Assembly: GCF_016432865.1 (NCBI RefSeq)
Contig: NC_067400.1
Coordinates: forward strand, 358,670,001 to 358,734,000
DNA length: 64,000 nucleotides
Source of the DNA: Antechinus flavipes
Lineage: Eukaryota
Direction: 5' to 3'
Numbering within the stretch: position 1 is the stretch's first letter; each line of letters opens with the position of its first letter. Of the stretch, positions 23,896-38,100 are shown piece after piece. The translations under genes and the position numbers were made by a program. Under the pieces are notes generated by a model that did not search any database, was not told the origin of the DNA, and was given only the letters and a program-made list of their open reading frames with translations.

Positions 23896-26800
23896 ATATC
23901 CCAAAGGCTATTCTCAGTCAAATAAGAATCTTGATCGAATTAGCTTCACAGTATATTTATATCCTTTCTGGAACTTCTGGTTATCTCCTTTCACTATAAT
24001 TATAAGAAGTATGTCAATCCTCATGAAGATAACTACAGTTAATGAAATAACATTCATTGCATGGAATGAAGAAATAAAGAAATTCTATTTTCAAAAGATA
24101 AGATGTTTAAAAATCAGTTGATATCATTTTGATAGGTGTTTGCAGACACAAGGATGAACAATTCAAAGGCTTTCTGTTCATTTGTCATGAATCTTTATCA
24201 AGCAGAGGTTTGGAATGTGTTGCATGGGAAGCAATGACTATCAAAATAACATAGTTGACTAAAATTAGATAAGAAATAGCTAGTTATAGGTGTAACAGTC
24301 ACTTAAGATTCAACTCATAGATCCATTAAATGAAAGATTAAAAGGAAAAGGAAAAGGAAAGATTAAAATGGCATTGGATTCATTTTTAGCAAAGACAAGC
24401 TGTCCAGCTTAAATAAGTTTGTCATAAGAACAAAAAGATGAAAGTTTAAAAATATAAAAGTATTATAATTTCATAGAGAAATTTAAGTGATCCAGGAGTT
24501 ATTAGAAAGAGGAAAAACAAAAAAAAATACCTCAAAAATCATTTCATTTAGAAAATATTCAATCTCCTCACTAAACAGGGGGATTCAGCTGGCAAGAATA
24601 TAACCAGTTTAAAGCCCAAGTCCACAAGTTTGTAAAGCACAAGTTTATAAAACTTTTTGGACTAAAATGAGAGAAAAATGTTATTATTGACTAAGAAATT
24701 AGTGAAAAGTAATTGAAGGGAATAGAAATTTCAGGATGATATCCACTTAAGTCAAATTATCCTGGGAACATTTATAAAAAAGAAATTGTCAAGAGAACGA
24801 CAAAGTTAATGTTTTGAGTTTGAGCTGTAGTAGTCTTCCCAAATCTTACTGATCTATATTAACTTTTTGAGAAGAATCCATTGAGACATAATTAATTAAA
24901 AAAACAAAGAGGAATGATGAAAGATTTTGCAGGTATATTCTGAAGCATCCGATAACAATCACAAATGAGTATAGAAAAAATATAATACTGCTATAGTGGT
25001 GTTTTTTTAAATGTGTGTATAACTGTATGTGTATATAATTTTTAAATCAGTTAAACAAATACAACCTTCTCATGTTCTTCTCAAAAAAAAATTAAGTCTT
25101 CCATATATGTTTTATTCTTATAAGAGATGGGGCTAGAGAGATAACTTCCCTGGGTAATCTACTGGGTATTGACATCAAGTGAAATATAAAACAATGAGAT
25201 AAATACTCACAAAAAGTGTTCATTAGAGTCATGGAAAATATCTTGGGCAAAGTTTAAACTAAAGAAAATATCCAAATTAGGGGGGAAATCTTTTCAAATG
25301 CAGCTATTGCCGTACAATATTATGCTAATTTTATTGTCTCTAGGAACAGTAAAAGCCATGAAATTAAAGTGAAATTCACAGTAGTGGAGGGGAATGATGA
25401 CTTTAATCAAGTGCATGAGAAAAAATAGAATACATGAGAAGTATAAATTTATAATAAGTACAATAATATAACACATATAAGCACTTTAAGTGTTTCAGTG
25501 TTTCAAAGTACTATATATATGTGTATATACACACCACACATAGAAAGATATATGTTATAGATAGATAGATATATCTCCCTCTTCCTCTTTCCCTCCCTCC
25601 ATCCCTTCCCACTCTTCTCCACCATTCTCTCTCTCACTCTCTCTCTCTCTTTCTTTCATTCAATCTTGTTCTCTCTCTTTCAATTTGAATTCTTGCACAG
25701 CTTTCACTCCATTATTTCAGTCTGTCTCTATAGAGAACTTTTTTTTTTTTAAGATATTACTAATATTAAAGGAAAGAATACAATAACAGTATATGACAGG
25801 AAAAAGAACACAGCTAGCTGGGTGCCTTTTATTTTAATTCCAGGGCATTGTACAGATATAAGATCTAAGTAGGAAATAATCAGGTTTTTTGTTTTTTTAG
25901 AATTGTAGACTTACCTGAGCAGCCCCAGAATTTTGGGCCTTACCCTATTTTACACTCAAGAGTAAACAAATTAATCTAATCTTCTATAAATGCATCTGTC
26001 TGGTGTAAACAACCCCAGGCAACCTTTGACTAGACCAGTCAAGAGCAAGTTAGATAAAGATGTGCACATGGGTTAATGCAATTCCTAGGGTATTTAGTAC
26101 TTTTAGTACCTCTGGTTTCATCAATCATTCTGACTACTCCTGTCCATTTATCCACCTTCCCGACTCTTGGACAAGGGGCCAAGTCTAATCTGCCTATCTC
26201 ACTAACTCTGAGTTTCCCAATGAAATTTCCAGTAGATAAGTATAGAGAACACTGGTGTAGCAAAGTTACCATTTGAAGAGTGTATTGAGAATTGATAATG
26301 TGACAGAAAGCCATAGTTTTAGTTTTAGTTTTCTCTGCACACCAGAAATAGAGATATTATGAGGGCTAAGATGTTTAAAATATAAGCACAGGCTTAGTGT
26401 ACATTGGAAAAGGCAAAAATACCCTGTCTACCTGTGCTGAAAAAGATTTACAAATTAGACTTGCCTTGTACCCATTAGACAGGGATTTTGTCATTTTTGC
26501 AGTTTGCACAGTGCTTGACATAGGCTGACAATCAAAGAATGTTAAGTATTTTAAGAACATTAAATAATGAAAGCATAAAAGAAACATGGAAAACCACCAG
26601 TCACTGTGAAATTGATGATAGTATCTTGCTAACAGAATGCAAAGCCACTATCTCACCCAGTTGCAAAACATTATGTGAGTGAAAAAATATCATTTGAAAG
26701 ACAGACATAATACTTAATCTTTAATTAAAAATGAACTTTCATTTCAACTTCAAGTAAGTAGCTCTGAAAAATCTTTAAAGGTTAGACCTTCCATAGAAAG

Positions 26801-27554
26801 AAAAACTTACAGTAATCATAACTTTAGAATTGCTTTTCCCTTAGAGTCTTGATAATCTTTAGAGGAATGATCAAATTTATCTTTCCATGAGATAATGTAA
26901 AATGGTCAATGAGAAGATTTCATTATGCAGGACAAAAAGATCATAAAATAAATTATTTTTTAAAGATCTTAAGTAGTTTCTTCTAACTTTCTTTTTATCA
27001 CATAGCTTGAATATGGCTGCATTTATTTATTTATTTTTGCCAATAATCTTTAGTTCAAGGAACCCAAAGGAGAATGGAAAAAGGAACACAAGGACAAAAT
27101 TTGACCTACTTACAATGTTGCTAAGGGGGTCAGCACAGCTAGGAAGAGAAAATCAAGAGAGATGTGGGTCTGTGCCCTGTAACCCTACTCTACACAACAG
27201 CATGAGGACATGAGCAGTGGGAAATTGTCTAGGGAAGTCTGGGGTAGACTTTAACTATCAAAACCAAAATCAATTTAAAGTGACAGGTATGTGAATGTGC
27301 CCTAAAGAAAACTGAGAAGGGCCATGAGACTCCCTGGGAAGTCTGTATGGAGGAGGAGACGGAAGGGAGGGTAAAAGCAGTGGACTAGAGATAAATAGTG
27401 GTTACTTATTGACAATAAAAACCCACCAAAAGGGAAAAAAAATTATAGGTTCAAGTCTATAAATCTAATTCAGGTTGTGTAAAAAAATTATATTCACAAG
27501 GGGGTCAACTGAATAATCCAACAATTTATATATGGCTACTGAGATTGAGGGCAG

Positions 27555-27700
27555 ACTACATAAGAAGTCAAGTCACCCAGCATTTACTAAACACCTACGA
27601 ATAGCCAGAGGCCTTGCTTGGGGATATAAACTGCAGTCAAAACAATCTCTGCTCTGTGGTCTTTAGTATAGAATAGAGATTTTATTGGAGGTAGGGGGAG
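27555..27700 (-). mobile_element. L2 3' end fragment
   Basis: agtcaagtcacccagcatttactaaacacctac ... aaaacaatctctgctct matches an antisense L2 tail. Confidence 0.6.
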
Positions 27701-28289
27701 AGGAAGGAGGTTGGTTGCAAAAGACAATTATCTGCAAATAAGATGAAAACAAGTCCTTTCCTTAACAATATTAAGCATTTGAGGGATTTATGTCCCCCTC
27801 TCAGGGGCCACTAGAGGCTTACTGAGTTCAGTAATAGACCCCTAGAAGAAAACACAGAAAGCAGACTCTGCACTTCCTAGAAGCAGAATTATATGTATGT
27901 GGGAAACATGTTTCGTGCCTGTGGGCATGTTTATGCCTTTGGAATGTAGCAAAAATTAGCTTTTAAGTTAAAAGTGGGGGTGGGAAGGAAAGAAAAGAGT
28001 ATTCCCATTGTCTTTGCATGATATAGCTTTTGTTAATGCCCTAATTAATATGCTTTTGCAGTATAGATTAAGACTTTCATTAGGTCTAAGACTGGATATA
28101 AATATTTATGCACTTTTAACTTTTTTTCTGGCAGGATATAGTAGTTAAGGCATTTCTGTAAAAAAAGAAAGGAAAGATGAGTGGCAAACAATTGATAGAT
28201 TTTTTTGGAAAGTTTTACATTAATGATTAAATAGTATCAGTTCGATGACTTTACTCAGCAGCTTACAGACAATAAAACATAGCTAAATC

Positions 28290-28900
28290 TGTCAATTAGC
28301 ATTTTCACATTCTCTCCTGACAGTGCCTAATGGTATCTGTAAGATGCAATTTCCAATACCTAGCTCTTTGACATTTTCCATTTCTCTGCACATTTTTCTC
28401 CTGTTGCTCCCTGTTATGACTAAAAAACAGCAGGATGTTGTGCTCCTTGGTGGGAAATGCATCACCTGCTGTTGAAAGCAAACCAATTATTGTGTCCCTG
28501 CTAAATCTCGGGGACTCCTTGTGTATGGGTTTCCCCACTTAAATATATCAACAGCATACTCTGAACCTATTTTTAAGTGGCTAAACACTTTGGAACACCA
28601 GCTGGTCTCTAAGTTGATGTCACCTGAGGTGCCCATTAAGGGTCTGGAAAACTGCCAGGCTTGAGTGCCCTTCCAGTAACAGCAATGCATCAATCAAAAA
28701 TCATACAGAACAATGCTTTCTACATTTCTACATGCGCAGTTCCAAACAATGATGGGAAAATGAATGTATTGGTTTTCTCCTCCCCAGGCCCTCTGTTGGA
28801 GGGGAGTAACCCTGGCTCAACAACCTTGGACAGTTTCTCTGGTGGATTTCCAGCTGGCAGGGAGATGGATGCTATTTCCACAACTGTCAGAAATTAGGTT
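28290..28900. promoter_or_regulatory. GC-elevated unique block with four CASCTG E-boxes, candidate conserved non-coding element
   Basis: CACCTG 28463 and 28621, CAGCTG 28599 and 28851, TGCGCATG (minus) near 28730; no repeat recognised. Confidence 0.3.
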
Positions 28901-31512
28901 TCTTATTCTCACTGGCATCTATTTTTAGCCAGTGTTTATAAATGTTCTTAGAATATTTTTATCTTAGTCTTTCGAGATCAAGGAAGACCAAGATACCAAT
29001 TCTTGCCATTCCTGACTGCCCCATGAGAAGCAAAGAAAAGAATTCCAACTAAAAAGGAAAGTTATGTCCATTAATCCTCAAAGAAACTTCAGAATAGCAT
29101 CTTAGAATTTTTTTTTTGTCTTTGAGGAGCACCTTAATAATTTCTAAGCTGTTTTGGAAGTGAAAACCAAATCTCATGTTGTATAACATTTTCTCTCTTA
29201 GTTTATATCAAATTATCTCAAATTCATAATTCTGAGGCATTCCAAGAGCTATAAACACCAAAGACAAACACTAGCTATGTTCTTTTAACTATACTTACTA
29301 AAGCAAAAAGGCAAACACAGATATTTTAGAAAGGTTTTTAAGGGTTGAAAAAATTTTAAAGGGAGTTTTGATTTAATCCTCAGTTAAACAGCATCAAAAT
29401 TGTCTAGAATATTCTAATTAATTAAAGTTTTATTGTCCTAACTAGAACTGTTAGTTGAAATGTCTTCATCCCAGATTTAAAAAAAAAAAGAGTTGAGAAA
29501 GGGGAGGCACTTGCAAAAGATTCCAGAGGGTAGATGCTATAAGAGGAAAATGTCTTTCCCCCAGGATGTCAGCATCTTAGGGCAAAGCCTGATTTGTCCT
29601 ATTCCAGTTATAGTTCTGGACCTTACAAAAATAGTTTGTTCTTTGCACAGAAATTTGTTTTATTTCAATTGGAAGGATGTAATATTTCCTTCACCTACAG
29701 ATAGGCACTCTGGACTCAAGAGGTTAAAACGCCTTGCCCAAAGCTAGACAGTGTGTCAATACAAGATTAGAAATATGAGCTCTTGATCGACAGGCTTATG
29801 ACCAGCATTTATCGTGAAGAAGGGTGGCTGCTTGACATTAGTTCTGTAAAAGTGTCCTTTTTGAAGGAAAATCCTGGGTAAAGACAAAGGGGGCTATATA
29901 ACTCAGCACCATGCTTCTCTGGGAATTCTCTTGAAGAATTAGTCTTTATTCTCTTAAACACTCACATTTCTGTCTTTAAATGATTGCAGCCTATGATGTT
30001 TGCTATTGATTTCCCCCCCCTTCCATTGTTCACTGCCAAGCTGAACACAAAGGTCAGTACAAAACTAAATCTTCACATGAGTAATTACTGAAGGGCCATT
30101 TTCATGATACTGGCAAGAGCTCCTTCATGGGTTTTCTATGCATTAGATAATTAATTCATCTCAAAGTAGACTTGGACATGTGGACAGGATATATACTACC
30201 TGTAAAGACATTTTTTTTTAGGTGAGAAAATTTAAAATGCTACATATCAATTAAATCACAAGCCAGCATTCCAGCAGACAACAACAAGATTCACAGATGA
30301 GAGTATCACGGTCAGTATGATTTGCCAGGTTACATAATCAAATAGAGTATGGCATTTATCTTAACTATGTTGGGCACCCAGAGGTTATTGCCATTATAGG
30401 GTATTATTACAATGGTATTAGCAATAACAACAAACAATTCACATGTAATATTTGTAAGTTTCTGTCTAATTTTAAATCTATGATCCCATGATCCTTATAA
30501 TATACCTGTGCAGTAGGTATCATTAACATTTAACATTCCCACTTCTCAGAGGAAACAGGTTCAGGGAGGTTAAATGATTTGCCTAGGATCACACCATTAA
30601 TAAGAACATGAAACAGGATTTAAATCCAGGTCTTCCTGACTCTAGCCAATAAACCAGAACTATTAGGTAGATAAATTGATAGATTTAGATATATACTTAG
30701 TGCATATATTAAATGTAAAATTCAAAAATAAAGAAAACATTATTATTTAGACATGAAATCTATATATATCTTAAAGATAAATATAAGCAAACATATATAT
30801 TCATACATAGTTTACATAAGTATGTTATATATATATACATATATGTATATGTATAATGAGACAAATTTTTTTGTATATGTATATAATATATATCACGTTT
30901 GTGATATATTCATTTGTGAAGTTAGTGTGGGAAGGCAGATCTATTAACTCATCATCCTGTGGGTTTTTGTTTTTCCTCTATCAGACTACCTTGCCTGTAA
31001 ATTATTTTTCCTGAATAAGATAATAGACCAAATTCATAGTCTGTCTAATTTGGAAGGAACCTTTGAATGTTCTTTATAAGACTAAGACACAAGATGAAGT
31101 ATACAGAATGACAGATTTGAATTTAGGACACTCTGTTTCCTATTCCAGTTCCTACCAGCTACAGAGTATAAACTCTAGCTGGTCCTTGCCAATCTGCAAA
31201 GGCTTGTACTACAGGCCCAGTGGTGGATTACATTTCTATCATCCCAGAAGAACCTGCTTAGATAAATTCAGAAAGACTTCTCACAGAAGAACTGGCTATT
31301 GGATGATGAATTTTTTTTCTAGCCATAGCAACTCACAAATACTATTTATTAAAGAGGTGAATAGGGTTAGAGTTCTTGTCAATGAAAGGGGTGCTCATGC
31401 TTTCAAAATCATGGGCCCTTGAAATAACAAAGTAATAGCATGTATAGTTAAACCAAGGTTTCTGTAAGATAATTTTTTAAAAATTGTTATTCTTGCTTTT
31501 TATCCAACTCCT

Positions 31513-31722
31513 ACAGGGGAGGCATTAAATACTGTGACTCACAAAAGTGAGTGTTGCCAGAATCAAATTTAGACATAATTGGGAGATATTTAACTAAATG
31601 AATAAAAATACAACAAAACATAGATTACATTAATAGGAGGTTTTCTAAGTAAATATGCACCTGAAGGTATCTTTATGTAGACTTTGGTGGCACTTGCTTC
31701 TATTTGAGTTTGACACTACAAC
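31513..31722 (-). mobile_element. Non-autonomous hAT/Charlie-type DNA transposon (MITE)
   Basis: Antisense tgtcaaactcaaatagaa terminus and ctatgttttgttgtatttttattcatttagttaaatatctcccaatta body; degenerate opposite terminal repeat (cagggg). Confidence 0.65.
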
Positions 31723-33899
31723 TTTAGATAATGGGAAGGTGTTTATACCATTTCTTAGCTTATTTTAAAAGAAAAAAAAAGGAACTGCAAGAAATCTGGA
31801 ACACAGAAAGGCAAGTTTCTCTGTGCTCCTTATCTACATTTTGAAAAATATTTCCTACAACAATATTCCTTTGAGAATTCTACCTAAGCTATGCAGAGCA
31901 ATTACAACTCACTTGAAATATCAACTAGTACTGATATTTCTCAGGGCTTATATGTAGTGATAGTTTTCTTTTCACTAGTGATAATTTTCTTTAATCAAAT
32001 GCTATATGGTTTTGTCTTAGTTATCAAGGTTTTCCTCCATACTGATTGTTCTTTCCAGCAAAATTGTTGTACTTTTAAGAGACATTAGTGTTACTCCAAT
32101 TAAACGCTAGCTTTTTTATAAGAAAGAACAATTATCAAATTCCTGAATTAATGTACTGATAAAAAAAGAAATCTGTGACAAGTAAAAGGTTTATATATCA
32201 ATATGCCAGCAATTGTTTAAATGGAGAAGAGTTCCTGAACCTAGTTCCTCATGGTAAAATGCATGCAGCAAAGAAATACAAATCTATTCTCAAACCTATT
32301 TTCTTTTCCTGAGGGCCATTAATATTCTTAGTCAAAGCAAACAATTTTACTAATAACAAGTACATGACTAGGCTTGACAGTAAGAATAAGATATAGAAAG
32401 AATGCAGGATTTGGAATCAGAAAAGCAAGTTCAATATCTGATCTTGAAAGCTATGATCTAAGTCACTGTGGGAAAGGCATGAAATTTCCCAAGTACCCTG
32501 TCTAAGATTTACCAAAATGAGCAAGCTGAATTAGGTGATCTTGCCTTATAGCTCTCAGTCTGTGATCCCAGGATCTCTATGGCCTCTTCCAGTTCTGATC
32601 CTTTATAATTGTGTTTCTATGAAGTAAAAAAGGAGAAGGAGAAGGGAGAAGAAAAGGAAAAAAGGAGGAGGAGTAAGGAGGACAAAGAGGAAGAAGAATA
32701 AAGAAGAGAAAGAAGAAGAGAACCTCTATTTCTAACAACATTGAGATTTTATTTTCCCTCCATATCTTAATCACTTCCATGATCACAAAAACCTAACCTC
32801 TTAGAAAAAAGCAATTCTGAATGTTATATAACATGTTATCATTAAGAAACATGAAACAAAACATTGTTTCATCTCTATAAATCACAAATGCATACTATCT
32901 CATTTGATATTCATAATAATCTGGGGAGGTAGGATTCATTTTAAAATCCAAATTGTTTTTATATGAGGAACTTGGGGCACTAAGAGGTTCAATCTTCTGA
33001 TTTCACATTCAATATTCTCTCTACTATGCCACATTGTTGATAAAGTCTTTCCTTTATTTAGTCAATAACTGGCTGAGGGGAAACTATCTATAATGAAGCC
33101 CATCTGTTCTCTACTATATTCCTTTAAGTGAAAAGGAGAACAAGACTTATTTCCAAGAGACAGCATGGACTGGACTTGAAGTCAAAAGATAAAGGTTCAA
33201 ATTCTGTTTCTGACTGATTTATTTATTTGTTCAATGAACCTGGAAATTCAGTGGAACTCTTAGAAACTCAGTATTATCTGTCTGTAAAATAAGTGTAATG
33301 AAATGTGTGTTATTTACAATACAGAACTAAGTGTTATATACTTAGGAGAGTCATAGAAATGTGTCATAATTTTCTTTTACAATGGTGGTGGGAAGGGATT
33401 GAATTTTTTTCTAAAGAAAGGCACCTATATCAGTAGTGTTCATGACTTGCTTTTTAGTAAATCTGCTTCAGTTTAAATCTGTTATTCAACCTTCAAGACC
33501 TATAGCCTAAGAAGTCATAAAAAGTTAAAAACAATTTATAGTATAATGATATATTGATTATGCATACATATCTTTGCTTACACATATTTTCTATTATGGT
33601 AAGAGGGAACATTAGTCCTTATTTTAAATGATTCACTTTTCCCATTATTACTATAATCAATATAATATTAACATTATGGCAATCTTTAAGAATTACTATA
33701 CTAAGTGAAGACATTAGAATATATACTATATATCCTGTTTCAATTCCAAAAATGGATTTTATGTGCTAATGGGCATTGTGAGAAATCTGATCTAAATCTT
33801 TTACTCCATATTGAAAGACTTAACTATTCAAATTTCACATTTGTGAATTAATAATTGTTCTTATTTCTAGTCAGATTACTCTACTGAGATAATGAATAG

Positions 33900-34400
33900 A
33901 GAAATGGGATTAGGAGACCTGAGTTTGATCTAGCCTTAGCCACTTACTAGATGTTATATCTTGTGCAAATCATTTCATCTTGTAAGGTCTCTTTCCTCCT
34001 TTGCAAAATGAAGATGATGTGTACACTGTCTCATTTCTCAGTTGTTGCAAGGAAAGTGCTTTACAAATTTTAAAGTGCTATATAACTGGGAATTTTAAAA
34101 AAAATTATGTTGAAGTTTATGGGATGCATACATAATTGATATATTAGGAAAAATAGTGGGCATAAAGTTAAAAAGGAATAATCTGGTTTTAGATTATTTT
34201 ATTTACCTGATTTTATTTACATACACACAACACACACACACACACACACACACACACATTAAGTCTTTTGGCCTCTCACAGTCTTAGTTTTCTCATCTGT
34301 AAAAATGGGGAAAACAATACTTACATAATCTACTTCACAGAACAACTGTGAGGAAAGCACCAATTATGGACCTTCAAAAGGATCTATAAATTTAACTTAT
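33900..34400 (+). mobile_element. Two MIR-family SINE fragments separated by an (AC)n array (34222-34258)
   Basis: gacctgagtttgatc, gcaaaatgaagatg, gcaaggaaagtgctttacaaat; second core ttctcatctgtaaaaatggg. Confidence 0.7.
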
Positions 34401-35004
34401 TATAATAGTAATGATACAGCTATCTCATTGATCATAGATCTGGTGCCATTTAGAGGCATTTACAAGGGCAAGGGAAGTAGACCTAGAAATAGAATCTTGG
34501 CCTCAACTGGCATTGCCTTTGAGTTACCAGTCACACCTATTATGACAGTAAGAAAAGGATAAGTTCAAAATTATTAAGAGAAATAAAAATTGTCTTTAGA
34601 CATGCTGCAAAAACAATTCACATTATATTATAGAGAATCTTAAGGTATATATTTTCCTACCAAAAATTGTCAAGTTGATAGTATAGTTACTATTTATTTT
34701 ATAAATGAGGATACCAAAACTCAGGAGAAATTGAGTGATTTGTCCATGTTCATATAAACAATATAAGTGTTGGAATTAGGTCTGAAACCTATTTTTCCTA
34801 GCTCTAAAACAAGTGCTTTCAAGCACCTCATCACATTTATATCATAAGGCTACAATTACAAGAGATTTATTTGGGGGTACTACTATCAAATTTCCATTTC
34901 AAAGCAGAGTGGATGTCATAACATTGATGCAGCAAAAATTTTACCTTGGGGGCCCTCATCTATGGACCATAGATGGAAAAAACATCTAGAAAACCTCAAG
35001 TAAA

Positions 35005-35135
35005 GTCAATAAGTATTTATTAAGTACTTACAGTGTGTTGAGTATTATGCTAAATTAAACTTTGCAGATGAAAATACAATTTTTAAAAGAATATAGTCCC
35101 TCAGGTAGCTTGTGTTCTCTTGGGGGAAGACTATA
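35005..35135 (-). mobile_element. L2 3' end fragment
   Basis: agtcaataagtatttattaagtacttacagtgtg ... atagtccctcaggtagctt. Confidence 0.7.
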
Positions 35136-38100
35136 CCTAAAATGGAGCCAAAAGCATGCATGCAACCAAAGAAGTACCTGAATGAATGCATGGCAATGAT
35201 GGCTGTAAAATAAGTTTGTTCAAGAGAATCACCAATGGGAGAAGAGAACCAGAAGGCAGAAAGAAATTATAGGGTAACGAGGGACCCATGTACTTGGAAA
35301 ACCTTGACGGTGAAAAGGCAGCTCATGCATAGTGATGAACTCCAGAGAGTCAAAAGCAGGTGTAGAAGAGAAAAGAAGTATAGGAAATCTTGGACCTCTC
35401 TCAAAGGAAATAGTGAGAATTATGATGAAAATCATCTGTGCTGGAAATCAGGAGAATCAGGATCTTCCTGGCTCTGACCTTCACCAATAGTGTCCCTTTA
35501 GTAAATCACTTTTCATTCTGAGTCTCAGCTTCCTCAGCTGTTAAATGTGGAAGTTAAACTAAATAGTCTTTCTAACATTCCATGGTAAATAATACAAACT
35601 CATAGGGAAAGGATTTTAATTTGAGACCCATATCAATGCTGTCCTTAGGATCATAGAACAAAAGAAACTAGCATAACAAGGTTAATCCAGTAACCATTGT
35701 TCTTAAGTAATCTGAATGGTTTGAAGGCTATGTCACTTACTTAAACTCATGTAGACCCTGACAGATCCAATTAAAACTAGTCTCTCTTCTCTCTTTTTTC
35801 ACAATTTGTCCCAAAAGAAATGAGGCTGTTATAACTGAGAGTTTTGAGGATCCTCACATCTTCACACAAAGGGTATAATTAAGGTCCCTCCATATTTTTC
35901 AGAGACTGATAGTCTTTTTAAAGTTCCATTCTTCTTTTTCTTCTAGTGATTAGACTCTAAGGCATTTTCACTAATTTAATTCCAGAGATTTGAGGTATAT
36001 CCTCACCAAACTTGGGTAATCCTTAAAAAAAAAAATCTGCATTATAGAAATATTCCCCTGCAGATAACACATATCTCTGTGTGTGTGTGTATATGCATAT
36101 ATATATACATATGTTCATGCATGTATATGTATTGCCTTTAAATAGTCTTTAGGGATTAAATTATTTGAGGTGGGAATGAAAGAAGTAGAAAAGTCCAATC
36201 TTGCAGGCCAACTAGGAGGTGAATCAGTGTCATAGGGCTATTTTTATAATGAATATAAACAATGAGATGACTTTTGGCTTTAGAGACTTGTATTCTGGTG
36301 CTGATTTTGAATATTTGAATATTTAGCTAGACTTTTGCTATTCAAAATTCAATATTTGCAATGTCCTTTATACATATTATATAATTTTATTCTCATAAAA
36401 ATTCTAGGAAGCAGATGATATTATTAACTATTTTACAGATGAAAAAAACTGTGGCAGATAAATGAGGGTCATATAGATAGTAAGTGTTTCGAGGTTGGAA
36501 TTAGCCACTAAGTTAACTGAACAAGTAGGCCCAACCAAGATCCAAAGTCAGACTGTCCACACGCATTAATGATTTCAATCATTCTATAACCACTAAGTTA
36601 ATTCTTTCTGAGATAGATGGGTTTCTGTCTTAGATACCAATGAAGGAAATAATTATCAAAAGCTGGAGAGCAGAGTTGAAATAGGGTAAGTGTAACAAAG
36701 TGATTCTGTGGTTTCAATTTACCATCATGATAAAAGTACAAAGATTTGAAATGAAGCCAGTTTTTAAAAAATACTAATCCCACTTCATTTATAACCTGCA
36801 TTGCACTGACACTTCATGCTACCCACCCATTCCATGAGCAGGCCACATGTCTAATGGGAACCATTCTTCAATTTGATGGCAATGGAAGCATACATAAACC
36901 ACCTTCTGAGAATACTTTACACAAAGTTTTAGGAAATGTTGTGGTCTATTTATTTAAAACTGAGGTTGTCAGAAGTGAGCCCAGAATTCATTATGATAGA
37001 GGTCTGGTCATGTCTTCTTTAGTGCTAAATAGAAAACAAACTCCAAAACCTTCAATGATGTCTGTCACCTAGATTTGCTCCAGAATTTGCTTTAAGCCCT
37101 AGCCAATAATTTTGTTTCAGAATAAAATTGGTTAAAGGACCCTAGAGATTATTTAGAATCAATCTGCTTCATAGTACAGATTTCAAAACTGGGACACAGA
37201 GAAATAAAATGACTTGGTCAGAGTCACATAGCTATTAAGAAGCAGAGGCAGAGGCAATAGGACCTAGGTCCTCAATCAACTTAAAATCCAATTATCTTTC
37301 AAGATTAAAATATTTCTCTTATATGATTTATTAAAAATGTTTTTAAAAAATTTGACATTTAAACAATTACACATTAAATAAATTAAATAAAAAAATTAAA
37401 CATTTAAACAAACAAAAAAAAAGGTTTTAAAAGTAACCACAGAAAAACCTACATCAAAAATCCATTAAAAGAAATGGTAAATGATAGTTCTCTCCAGTCA
37501 CCCAAGCTAAATCCTCTGATACTTCAGAGAGAATTAGTTTTTGATTACTGCCAGGTATCTATTTTGGGGAAGGACAAAGTTGGAATGATCTTAATTAGCA
37601 AGTGTCAGGCTACCCTTTAAAAAGAGATTTGCCTTGTCACTCAGGGGAAAATAAAACCCAACTTGTCATATATATTGTAAGAATACTTCTGTGTTTTCAT
37701 TTTAACCCTTAATTCTCATACCTGGCATCAAGTTTCTTAATTCATTACTTGGTTTTATTACAAATTTTGAGGAGGGTTAAGGGAACTTCTTGAATGCCTA
37801 CTTTTGTCCAAATTAAAAATACCCTAAAATAAATTGTCATTTTGAAAAAAGGTTTTTCTTGTAACAAAAAAATTTAATTAAGAGTTAAAAATGGAAAATC
37901 ACTGTTCTGTGGCTATAATCCCACTCCCATTTTAGACATCTTACTGGAAAGGTTTGCCATAAAAGGGATTTGAAGGGTAGGATAAACCAATGGAAGGAAC
38001 ATCACAACTATTTTCATGTCACTTAAAAATATAGCAATGTACTAATCAAAATTGATTCCTAGCCTGATCTTAGGATAGGCAGGTTCCTAGGAGACAATAC

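Noticed and set aside
23792-24121. 109-aa ORF
   Set aside because: The first half translates TA/CA low-complexity sequence; no recognisable domain.
24613-24650. cacaagtttgtaaa / cacaagtttataaa tandem pair
   Set aside because: Ordinary 15-bp slippage duplication with no functional indication.
28487-28693. Peptide SEYAVDIF resembling a cyclin N-terminal helix
   Set aside because: Similarity is limited to a few residues; no cyclin-box motifs follow in any frame.
31063-31422. 119-aa ORF
   Set aside because: Overlaps decayed SINE-like sequence; no homology recognised; length compatible with chance.
34950-34968. catctatgg-a-ccatagatg inverted repeat (a similar 9-bp pair lies near 9323-9344)
   Set aside because: 9-bp arms are within chance expectation.
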